Shown here piece after piece: positions 57,028 to 64,000 of a stretch of DNA of 64,000 nucleotides. The position numbers and the translations under genes are program-made. The notes under the pieces are model-generated. The model was not told the origin of the DNA and ran no database searches. It saw only the letters and a list, made by a program, of their open reading frames with translations. Origin of the DNA: a virus (taxonomy: Duplodnaviria; Caudoviricetes); IMG/VR virus record IMGVR_UViG_2724679223_000002, positions 1-64,000 of that record, one strand, 5' to 3'. Within the stretch, counting starts at the first letter, position 1. Each line of letters opens with the position of its first letter.

Positions 57028-57669
57028 TTAGTTTTTAAAAAATTTTAATGCTTCTTCTACTTTTTCTTTGATTGTATTTTCGTTATCTTTGCAATCAACG
57101 AAAATTCTGTAGGGTTTGCAATGTATTTCTTCGACATCCTCTACTAAGCACATAATTAGTAGACTTTTTTCGTTTATATCGTCCGCCAACTCTCTGTGTG
57201 AACATTTGTCGTCGATTACGAAATGATTTCCCACTATATATGCCTCTTCATAGTCTAAACAAAAATGTTTTGGCATATAGTAATGTTTTGTTTTATTACT
57301 ATAAATCCAATGATAATGTTCTTCTTGCGAAAACTCATGTATCATTGTTTTTCTAATTTTCGTTTTTCTCATAAAATTTTCTTTTTCAAATACTCGTTTT
57401 ATTTCGAAAAAAAGAAGTCTTTGATTGTTGTAGGCTTCATCTTCTTGAAAAAAATTTTTAATTTCTTTAACATTCAATCCTCTTTTGGATAATTTTTCTT
57501 TTAGATTTTTTATTTCTTTAATGAAAAGAGGATATTCTTTTTCTTTTTGTACTTCGAAATATAGAAATTTCCCTGCTTTCCAATACAATTCCAATAGGAT
57601 AAGATTTTTATCCTTTATTGCTTCTTCGCATTCTTTTATTTTTTGACTTAATGTGTTCATTTTCTTCAC
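57028..57669 (-). CDS. Hypothetical protein (accessory)
   Basis: RBS AAGGAG; N-terminus resembles DUF1016 N-terminus (LYWKAGK). Confidence 0.55.
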   Translation of the reverse strand: MKKMNTLSQKIKECEEAIKDKNLILLELYWKAGKFLYFEVQKEKEYPLFIKEIKNLKEKLSKRGLNVKEIKNFFQEDEAYNNQRLLFFEIKRVFEKENFMRKTKIRKTMIHEFSQEEHYHWIYSNKTKHYYMPKHFCLDYEEAYIVGNHFVIDDKCSHRELADDINEKSLLIMCLVEDVEEIHCKPYRIFVDCKDNENTIKEKVEEALKFFKN

Positions 57670-57692
57670 TCCTTTATTTTTTTAAAAGTTTT

Positions 57693-58112
57693 TTATTCAT
57701 TTACAATAGCAGTATCGTCTATTGTAAATCCATTTTCTGTTTTGGTCGCATTGACTTTTAACCCAATGCTCATTCCAAAACTTATTTCGAGCTTGCCGTT
57801 TTTTTCTCTCGGCTTTGCTCTTTCTAGCAAGTAGTTTTGTAACTCCTTGCTCAATTCTTGCCATTCATGTTTTTCTTCTCTTAGAATGGCAAAGTTTCCT
57901 TCATCGTGTAATTGGATTTTTCCAACTACAACATCAAAATATTTTTCCATTTCCGCTTTTACAGATTCTAAATCTGTATCTGCGAAAATCCAAGTTTTTT
58001 CACTAGAGTTCCATTTTGCTTTTTGTTCTCTAGCAAAATTTATAAATTCTTCGTTGTAAGGCGTTTTGCTTACAACGCTATTTCCTCTTCTCCATATTCT
58101 CGCTTCTTTCAT
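57693..58112 (-). CDS. Hypothetical protein (PYN...KWN..EKTW domain)
   Basis: Start 58112 after AGGAGG. Confidence 0.6.
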   Translation of the reverse strand: MKEARIWRRGNSVVSKTPYNEEFINFAREQKAKWNSSEKTWIFADTDLESVKAEMEKYFDVVVGKIQLHDEGNFAILREEKHEWQELSKELQNYLLERAKPREKNGKLEISFGMSIGLKVNATKTENGFTIDDTAIVNE

Positions 58113-58128
58113 AAAGTTTCCTCCTTTC

Positions 58129-58344
58129 TTAATATTGGAAACAATCTTCATTGATTGTTTCTGCAACTTCTAAAGCTTCGTCCTTATCATAGCTTACGCT
58201 ATAATTAAGGTTTAGCGTAAATTTCATAACTTCCATACCTTCGCTGATTGTTCTTTCGACCTTGTGGTCTCCGTCCAACTCTTGAAGCATGTTAGCCAAT
58301 CTATTCATTTCCTTTAAAATTTCTGTCCTTGTCATTTTTACCAC
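58129..58344 (-). CDS. Small acidic hypothetical protein
   Basis: First gene after a strong promoter. Confidence 0.55.
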   Translation of the reverse strand: MVKMTRTEILKEMNRLANMLQELDGDHKVERTISEGMEVMKFTLNLNYSVSYDKDEALEVAETINEDCFQY

Positions 58345-58362
58345 TCCTTTTAATCTCTTTTC

Positions 58363-58399
58363 TTGAATATAGTATACACCATATTCAAATATATGTCAA
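58363..58399 (-). promoter_or_regulatory. Promoter with operator palindrome
   Basis: TTGACA-17-TATACT; TTGAATAT (58363-70) / ATATTCAA (58381-88). Confidence 0.75.
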
Positions 58400-58449
58400 C
58401 AACTTTTTTAAAAAAATAAAAAAAAGAAGCAAGATTCTCTCTCGCTTCT

Positions 58450-58884
58450 TTAATCTCTTATCCCAAGCTCTTTCTTTAAAGCCTTTTGTAGAACTTGGGA
58501 AAAGTTTATATTTTTATTTTGTGCAAGAATATTTAAATGGTTTGGAATAGTTAACGTTTTTTTGACATATGATACCCTAATCAAAGATTTTTCGTATTCA
58601 TAATTCATTGTCAAATAAACTACTTCCTGATTATTTTTTATATTCTTTTTTATTTCTTCAATAGAGCTAGGTTTTGGAAACTCTTTTTTCTCCTCCTCGT
58701 ATTCCTCAAGAGCTAGAGTTAGCCATTCTTTCCCCATTTCTATTGCATGCTCTAAACTTTCTCCATATGTTGAATATAAAATATATTCCTGTCCTTTGTC
58801 ATCCTCATTTAAAACAACATCAGGAAAACATATGTAAAAAAGTCCCTCCTCTTTTGTTATAATCGCTGGGTAAGTTACGTCCAT
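58450..58884 (-). CDS. hicB: HicB antitoxin
   Basis: YPAI...FPD...TYGESLEHA; KKTLTIP...NINFSQVLQKAL. Confidence 0.9.
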   Translation of the reverse strand: MDVTYPAIITKEEGLFYICFPDVVLNEDDKGQEYILYSTYGESLEHAIEMGKEWLTLALEEYEEEKKEFPKPSSIEEIKKNIKNNQEVVYLTMNYEYEKSLIRVSYVKKTLTIPNHLNILAQNKNINFSQVLQKALKKELGIRD

Positions 58885-58923
58885 AAAATCCCTCCTTTTT
58901 TATTTTTTGAGGTACAAGCAAGG

Positions 58924-59106
58924 CTATAGTAGCCCTGCTTGTCTTAAAGCACTCTCAACGGTCTTTTGAGGTAAATCTTTTCTAGGATGTGGAACAGTTA
59001 CCAATCCTTTCTTGCTAGGGTGCTTGAAATGATGATGACTGCCTTTAATCCTGTCAAGATACCAACCGTCTTGCTTGAGTAGCTTTATGAGGTCTTTTGA
59101 GCTCAT
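58924..59106 (-). CDS. hicA: HicA toxin
   Basis: DGW..RIKGSHHHFKHP.K.G.VTVPHPRKDL. Confidence 0.95.
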   Translation of the reverse strand: MSSKDLIKLLKQDGWYLDRIKGSHHHFKHPSKKGLVTVPHPRKDLPQKTVESALRQAGLL

Positions 59107-59123
59107 GTAACCACCTCATAATT

Positions 59124-59152
59124 ATTATAACACGTATTATATACGTAGTCAA
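59124..59152 (-). promoter_or_regulatory. hicAB promoter and operator
   Basis: TTGACT-17-TATAAT; ACGTAT-tat-ATACGT palindrome 59132-46. Confidence 0.75.
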
Positions 59153-59201
59153 GTATTTTTTATAAAAAAAGAGGGAATTTCTCCCTCTTATAAATGTTTT
59201 T

Positions 59202-59390
59202 CTATAACTTCTTATACTGTTCATAATTGTTCAATATCTTCCCTATATCCGTTTTACCTTGTAAAGCTTCATATACTAATGCTTCTAGTACAAAAGTATA
59301 TTTCCTATCATTTTCATCTGCAATTTCTATAATTGCAGTATCTAAGGAAGAATTGATAGTGATTGTTCTTTGTAATCTTTCTTCTTTCAT
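59202..59390 (-). CDS. RHH/CopG-like protein
   Basis: RTITINSSL...IA...R..TFVLEALVYEAL. Confidence 0.55.
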   Translation of the reverse strand: MKEERLQRTITINSSLDTAIIEIADENDRKYTFVLEALVYEALQGKTDIGKILNNYEQYKKL

Positions 59391-59429
59391 AATTTTACTC
59401 CTTATTCAATTCCCAATGTCCTGTTTATC

Positions 59430-59804
59430 TTATTTTACTCCAATAATAATTGGCTTTTTTAATTCAATAGATTTTTCCAACATTGTTTCAAATTTTACAA
59501 AAAAATCCTTTTTTTCTGCTAAAAAATCTATTTTGTATAATTCTTCTTTGTATTCTGCTAAAAGAGCTAGTAACTTTCTTGAATCGCCTGGATATATTTT
59601 CTTCATTTCAAATCCGTCTACATTAGGAAATATCATTTCAAAAATTTCACTATCTACACGATCTTTTTTTAGCATAACTTGGCTTATAGAAGATTTAATA
59701 CAATAAAATCCAAGCGGGGTATCTCGATAGATACATTTTTTATAATTATATCTATCACAATCTCTTATAAACATATATCGAAATTTTGCTGCCATGTTAA
59801 TCAC
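59430..59804 (-). CDS. Hypothetical protein
   Basis: Coupled to the Rha-family gene. Confidence 0.5.
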   Translation of the reverse strand: MINMAAKFRYMFIRDCDRYNYKKCIYRDTPLGFYCIKSSISQVMLKKDRVDSEIFEMIFPNVDGFEMKKIYPGDSRKLLALLAEYKEELYKIDFLAEKKDFFVKFETMLEKSIELKKPIIIGVK

Positions 59805-60330
59805 CTAAATCCTGTACTGTATAAGTTTTTCCTTTTGCTTTTACAGTATAAATATTATCTGTTAGTCCTGTCTTGTCTAATTCAGATATTTGCATATTTA
59901 AAATATCACGTTCATGGACTAACCTAGATTTTAAATTGTTCATAATACCTTTGACTGTTCTCATAGTTTGTTCAAAGGTCATGTCTTCAATTCTTACTTT
60001 ATTTTCTAGTGGTAATGTTTGTTGTTTTAAGAGATTCTCCATTCTGTTAAACTCTCTGATATATGCTATTTTAAAATCATTATATCCTTGAATGTTGAAC
60101 ATATACAGAATGAAGCAGTCTTTCGTTAAAAGATATTCTTTATAGCTTCTTCTTTGGTTAGGCACTCTATAAGTGCTTGGTATTATTAGAGAAGTCAAAT
60201 CTGACTTTTCTAAAATCTTATCAATATCTTTTAATACTCGATTATGTTCTTTTCCTAATTCTTTAGCTACTATTCTGCTATTTACTACATAGACATTATT
60301 TTTCTTTATTAGTTCTGGCTTGTATGTCAT
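59797..60330 (-). CDS. Rha family regulator/antirepressor
   Basis: NSRIVAKELGKEH..VLKDI...YLLTKD.F...FKIAYI.EFNRME. Confidence 0.9.
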   Translation of the reverse strand: MTYKPELIKKNNVYVVNSRIVAKELGKEHNRVLKDIDKILEKSDLTSLIIPSTYRVPNQRRSYKEYLLTKDCFILYMFNIQGYNDFKIAYIREFNRMENLLKQQTLPLENKVRIEDMTFEQTMRTVKGIMNNLKSRLVHERDILNMQISELDKTGLTDNIYTVKAKGKTYTVQDLGD

Positions 60331-60449
60331 ACCCTACCACCACTCATTCTCCATGCGATTTCTATTGCTCCACTCATGGTAGATGTATAGAACTCTAAGT
60401 TTTTAAAAGTACATTTCCATAACCCGTTTTTACATTTTTGCATTTTCAT
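60327..60449 (-). CDS. 40-aa hypothetical protein
   Basis: Start 60449 after AGGAGG; ATGA overlap with the Rha-family gene. Confidence 0.5.
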   Translation of the reverse strand: MKMQKCKNGLWKCTFKNLEFYTSTMSGAIEIAWRMSGGRV

Positions 60450-60646
60450 ATAAATGCCTCCTTTTTTACATTTTGTTGTAAAGAGTAGTTCAATACAGTT
60501 TTCATTTTCAATTGAAAATAAAAACATTGCCTACAATTTACTTTAAAAAAAAGGAAAAAGGTGGTATAATACATTTGCTATAGTGTGAGTATACTCATAC
60601 TTCTTCCCCTTTTTTGTATTGAAAAATATAGAAGAGGGGATTTTAT

Positions 60647-60778
60647 TTATTTTTTCATGTCTTTTTTTATTAAATCAGTTAAATATTGTTTAATTGTTTT
60701 TCCCTCCTTTGCTATTTTTATTTTAATTTCTTTGTAAAGTTCAGAATCAATTTTAAAATTTATCGTTTTTTCTTCCAT
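60647..60778 (-). CDS. 43-aa Arc-like RHH protein MEEKTINFKIDSELYKEIKIKIAKEGKTIKQYLTDLIKKDMKK
   Basis: RBS AGGAGG; TTGACA promoter near 60828. Confidence 0.6.
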   Translation of the reverse strand: MEEKTINFKIDSELYKEIKIKIAKEGKTIKQYLTDLIKKDMKK

Positions 60779-60872
60779 CTATACCCCTCCTTTGAATATA
60801 TATTACTTTATTTGTTGTAAAATGTCAATCTATATTTAAATATAAAAAAAGAGCCTAAAGGCTCTCTTTAAT

Positions 60873-61334
60873 TTATTTTCCACTTTCCCATTCTCCTGTC
60901 CACATATTATATTTTCTTTCTATCTTTTCTCCTCTATCTTCCAACATAATGGAAACATATTCTTCAACATTTTTTTTCTTTAATTTCAAAAGTAACTTTG
61001 CAGGCATTTTTATTTTCTCCGGAATGTACATTTCTTTTTTAAAAATTCCGTTAGGTTCTATTGAAGTATTAGGTTTCTTTTCCAAAGCCTTAGTAACAAG
61101 ATTATTTCCAAAAGATAATGGATAATCATTTAAATTTGAACTATCCCAAACAATTTCAACAAAATCATCTGTTTTATTAGTGATTTTTATTCCGATTCCA
61201 TTAAATATTATTTCATTCACCTCAACATCTACAAAGCTAGATGATTTCATAATTTCATTATGAGGTCTAACATTTGTACACCCAACCATAAATACACATA
61301 AAACAACTAAAAACCATAATAACCACTTTTTCAT
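60873..61334 (-). CDS. Lipoprotein
   Basis: MKK + hydrophobic signal + MVGC lipobox. Confidence 0.75.
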   Translation of the reverse strand: MKKWLLWFLVVLCVFMVGCTNVRPHNEIMKSSSFVDVEVNEIIFNGIGIKITNKTDDFVEIVWDSSNLNDYPLSFGNNLVTKALEKKPNTSIEPNGIFKKEMYIPEKIKMPAKLLLKLKKKNVEEYVSIMLEDRGEKIERKYNMWTGEWESGK

Positions 61335-61347
61335 TTTTTTATCCTCC

Positions 61348-62808
61348 TTAAATATTTAAAATTAACTCTTCTTCTTTTCTTTCTTTTTCTTGCTCTTCTT
61401 CCTGTATTTCTGATTTCGTTTTTTGATTTTGTTCCATTGCCAATGTTTCTCTATATTGCTCTGCTTTTGCTATCTTAGTGAATTCGATTTCTGCATTATA
61501 CTCTTTAACAACTTTCTCCACTTCATCTAAGTTCACTCGGAAAAATTCTCTTCTGTCGTTTATTTTATTTACTCTATTATCATAAAATTTCTTATGTAAA
61601 GCATTTTCTAATTCTGGTGCATTTTTAGAATAAATCATAGCATGTACATCAAAATTAAATGGAACAGAGGCATCTCCCAATTCCCGAACCCTATCCATTG
61701 GATCCAATCTTCTTGTCATTCCTATCTTATAAACATTCTCTCCAAAAGAACCTATGTTAGAAATAACATAAACATGTCCAGACTTTGTTTGTTGTGCCAT
61801 AGACATTGCTCTTTCTTTGTTGTGGCTTGCTTCTTCTAACTGTGCTTTTAATAATTCTATTTTAGCATTTAACTTATCTAAAGCTGCTCCATGAGCTTCT
61901 TGTAACTTTTGTTGTGCTTGTTCTAATGCTTTTTGAGCTCTCTCTTCTTCTTTTTGAGCCTCTACCTGTGCTTTTTCAAATTCTCTTTGTGCTCTTTCTT
62001 CCTCTTTTATTTGTTCACGAATAGCTCGTTGCTCTTCTTTTTCTTCTTGTTCTTTTTGTGCCATTTCATAATTCATATATAATTCTTGTAGTTTTAATCT
62101 TAAATAATCTCCTGAAATAATACACATATTTGTTTCGTTTAATTTATTGATTGTTTCATAAGCTTTATTGATTCTTTTTTCCATTACATGAACATTATTA
62201 AATTTTACTTTTGCTATTGCTGCATCCGCTTCTCCATTAAAAGCTCGCAACATCAATTTCAAATTATCATCAATCATTTTTTGACCTTTCTTTTTATCTC
62301 CGCCAACTTCCCAGCTAACAGAACAAGTTGCAGCTTTTTTGTCTTTAATCATCCATTTCATCTCATTGTTTACTCTTTCAATCATAGCTTTATAATGAGC
62401 GGAACTTTCATAATAATATTTTGGTTCATAAAAACTAAATTCTTGTAAATCTTGTTTTTCCTCTAGTATTTCAATTTCTTTCTCTAGTTCTCTTTTTTTA
62501 TCTAAAATCTTTAATGCACGTTCTTTTTCTGTTTCGTTTTCAGATTTTAATTTTAAAATTTCTTTTTCTATTTCGTTTTTTTTATTTTCTTTTTCTTGTA
62601 CTGCCTGATCCATATCCATAATTTGTTTATATTCTTTTTCTACCTTAGAATAAAAATCATTGTATTTATTTTTTAAATTCTGATTCTCTTTTTCTAAAAT
62701 ATCTTTTTCTTGTTTTAAAATCAAGTTTTCTCTTTGAAAACCACTTCCAGATGTCCAACCGACAACAGCTATAACTAACAATATAACAATTACAATATAA
62801 AATACCAT
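61348..62808 (-). CDS. DUF4041 / T5orf172 (GIY-YIG-like) protein with N-terminal TM
   Basis: LRAFNGE.D; GHVYVISNIGSFGENVYKIGMTRR...RREFF. Confidence 0.9.
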   Translation of the reverse strand: MVFYIVIVILLVIAVVGWTSGSGFQRENLILKQEKDILEKENQNLKNKYNDFYSKVEKEYKQIMDMDQAVQEKENKKNEIEKEILKLKSENETEKERALKILDKKRELEKEIEILEEKQDLQEFSFYEPKYYYESSAHYKAMIERVNNEMKWMIKDKKAATCSVSWEVGGDKKKGQKMIDDNLKLMLRAFNGEADAAIAKVKFNNVHVMEKRINKAYETINKLNETNMCIISGDYLRLKLQELYMNYEMAQKEQEEKEEQRAIREQIKEEERAQREFEKAQVEAQKEEERAQKALEQAQQKLQEAHGAALDKLNAKIELLKAQLEEASHNKERAMSMAQQTKSGHVYVISNIGSFGENVYKIGMTRRLDPMDRVRELGDASVPFNFDVHAMIYSKNAPELENALHKKFYDNRVNKINDRREFFRVNLDEVEKVVKEYNAEIEFTKIAKAEQYRETLAMEQNQKTKSEIQEEEQEKERKEEELILNI

Positions 62809-62922
62809 TTATAAGCCTCCAATAATTTTGATTACAATCTATTTGTACTATATTTTTCTTTATTTGTCAAACTTTCGACAGTTTTATATAAAATATAATA
62901 AAAAAAAACAGAGATGAATTTT

Positions 62923-63501
62923 CTATCTCTGTTGCATTTGTATATTTATTATTTCTAATTTGTCTTGTTTTTCTTTTTGATATTTATCTACTCTATCTAC
63001 AATAAAGCTTACTCCAACACAACGTATTGTTCCACTATTTTCATCAATATTCTTAATAGCAACATATACAGTTACAGCTATATCTCCAGCAATTAGAAGA
63101 AAAGACGCTTTTAATTTAGTAGGCATACATTTTTTAGAATCAAATATTAAAATTTCGGCAGAATTAAGCAATATGTGGTACAAACAAGGAAAATACATAA
63201 AACGATCTTTTAATTCAGGTTTTATTTCTCCATAAATTTTTTTAACGTTTCCTATTGTAATTTTTTTATTTAGTATTTCATTTATGATCTCTAATGGTTT
63301 TTTCGCTTTATAAAGTTTATGAACCCCTATTAGATGAGAAAAATTACTTTCCTCAAATTCTAAGTCAATAATACTTCCATTTGATAAAAAATATGTAAAT
63401 TTATATGGAATTATCTCTTTTTTATAAAATTGAAAAATATCATAGAAGTTCACTTGACTAATAGAGACTTTTTTATTCCTAGTTTTATAATCAATTGTCA
63501 T
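62923..63501 (-). CDS. PBECR4-family RNase-like protein
   Basis: L.F.ESNFSHLIGVHKL...DR motif. Confidence 0.7.
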   Translation of the reverse strand: MTIDYKTRNKKVSISQVNFYDIFQFYKKEIIPYKFTYFLSNGSIIDLEFEESNFSHLIGVHKLYKAKKPLEIINEILNKKITIGNVKKIYGEIKPELKDRFMYFPCLYHILLNSAEILIFDSKKCMPTKLKASFLLIAGDIAVTVYVAIKNIDENSGTIRCVGVSFIVDRVDKYQKEKQDKLEIINIQMQQR

Positions 63502-63515
63502 ATTTTCTCCTCTAA

Positions 63516-63692
63516 GAAAAAAGCCTGTTAAATATCATAACAGGCTAATTTTTATTTTTGAAGACTGAAAGATTTTTTAGCTGTTCTTCATCAGCGAGAA
63601 TATGGTATTATTCCTGCCCCCATATGGGTCCCTACTGTCTTCCTAGTAAGTCCTATCCCCAACCTCGATAGTCAAGGGAAGAATTTCTTCTT
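63516..63692 (-). ncRNA. Structured leader ncRNA with terminator upstream of the PBECR4 gene
   Basis: TTGATT-17-TATACT (63727-63699); GC-enriched stems; AGCCTGTTA/TAACAGGCT plus T tract before the RBS. Confidence 0.6.
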
Positions 63693-63736
63693 ACTTGAAG
63701 TATACATTTTTTCTTACAAAAAATCAACTTATTTTT

Positions 63737-64000
63737 TTACTTTTTCCAAGCTTTTCTATAAAATTCTTCTGCAATTCGTCTGTACCTTTCTTGCATTGCG
63801 GTATTGATACCTAAGAAAGGTCTGGCTTTAATCTTTGCAGATTGTTTTAATACATATAGAAATTCTAGTTGTCTCTTTTTTCCTCTTCCTACCTCTCTTG
63901 CTATAAAAGTTGCTCCGGGTGTTCTTACTAAAAAAGCACTTCTAAATCTTCTAGCACTTTTTCCATATGACTTAGGACTAATGGGAATTGTCAATGCTCC
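63737..64000 (-). CDS. Virion morphogenesis protein (Mu gpG-like), 5' part outside window
   Basis: C-terminal IKARPFLGI motif. Confidence 0.7.
   Translation of the reverse strand, partial: GALTIPISPKSYGKSARRFRSAFLVRTPGATFIAREVGRGKKRQLEFLYVLKQSAKIKARPFLGINTAMQERYRRIAEEFYRKAWKK

Larger units (their letters stand above)
35206..64000 (-). mobile_element. Prophage 2: siphovirus-type, late region plus accessory island (incomplete)
   Basis: gpG-like, protease/scaffold, capsid E, tube, tape measure, fibre and lysis genes. Confidence 0.85.

Noticed and set aside
3038-62448. Most plus-strand ORFs in the ORF track
   Set aside because: They lie opposite well-supported minus-strand genes and lack RBS or motifs; only 33038, 34067 and 45524 were kept
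63560-63600. CTGATGA resembling a hammerhead ribozyme core
   Set aside because: No downstream GAAA after a stem II, and no stem I/III arrangement
1-64000. tRNA, rRNA or cas genes
   Set aside because: None recognisable by eye

Overview
AT-rich window made up almost entirely of two prophages, with nearly all genes on the minus strand. The gene families suggest a Fusobacterium host (inference). Prophage 1 (1 to about 35205) is a transposable Mu-type phage: repressor, DDE transposase, MuB-like ATPase, GemA. It has a non-Mu head (PBSX-type terminase, SPP1-type portal), a contractile tail and lysis genes. Its TG terminus at about 35205 interrupts a DUF4116 gene, so it appears to be inserted inside prophage 2. 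Prophage 2 (about 35206 to 64000, incomplete) is a siphovirus-type element with tape measure, collagen/S74 tail fibre and lysis genes, plus a 7.5 kb accessory island between a Mu gpG-like gene and the protease/scaffold gene. The strongest unexplained signal is a stand-alone mini-array at 36977-37132 with its own promoter and terminator. It has three degenerate 30-bp type I-B-like CRISPR repeats at an exact 52-bp period, short 22-nt promoter-like spacers, and no cas genes in the window. One spacer matches the prophage 1 early-promoter region at 18/22. Other highlights: a PBECR4 nuclease preceded by a structured ncRNA and terminator (type III TA-like layout), an AcrIII-1 (DUF1874) ring-nuclease fusion, a type I TA locus, acr/aca-like operons, an ADP-ribosyltransferase-like gene, a +1 frameshift in the tail chaperone, a central gyrase-site-like sequence and a catalytically degenerate tyrosine recombinase. 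All family assignments come from motif recognition by eye, not from database searches.
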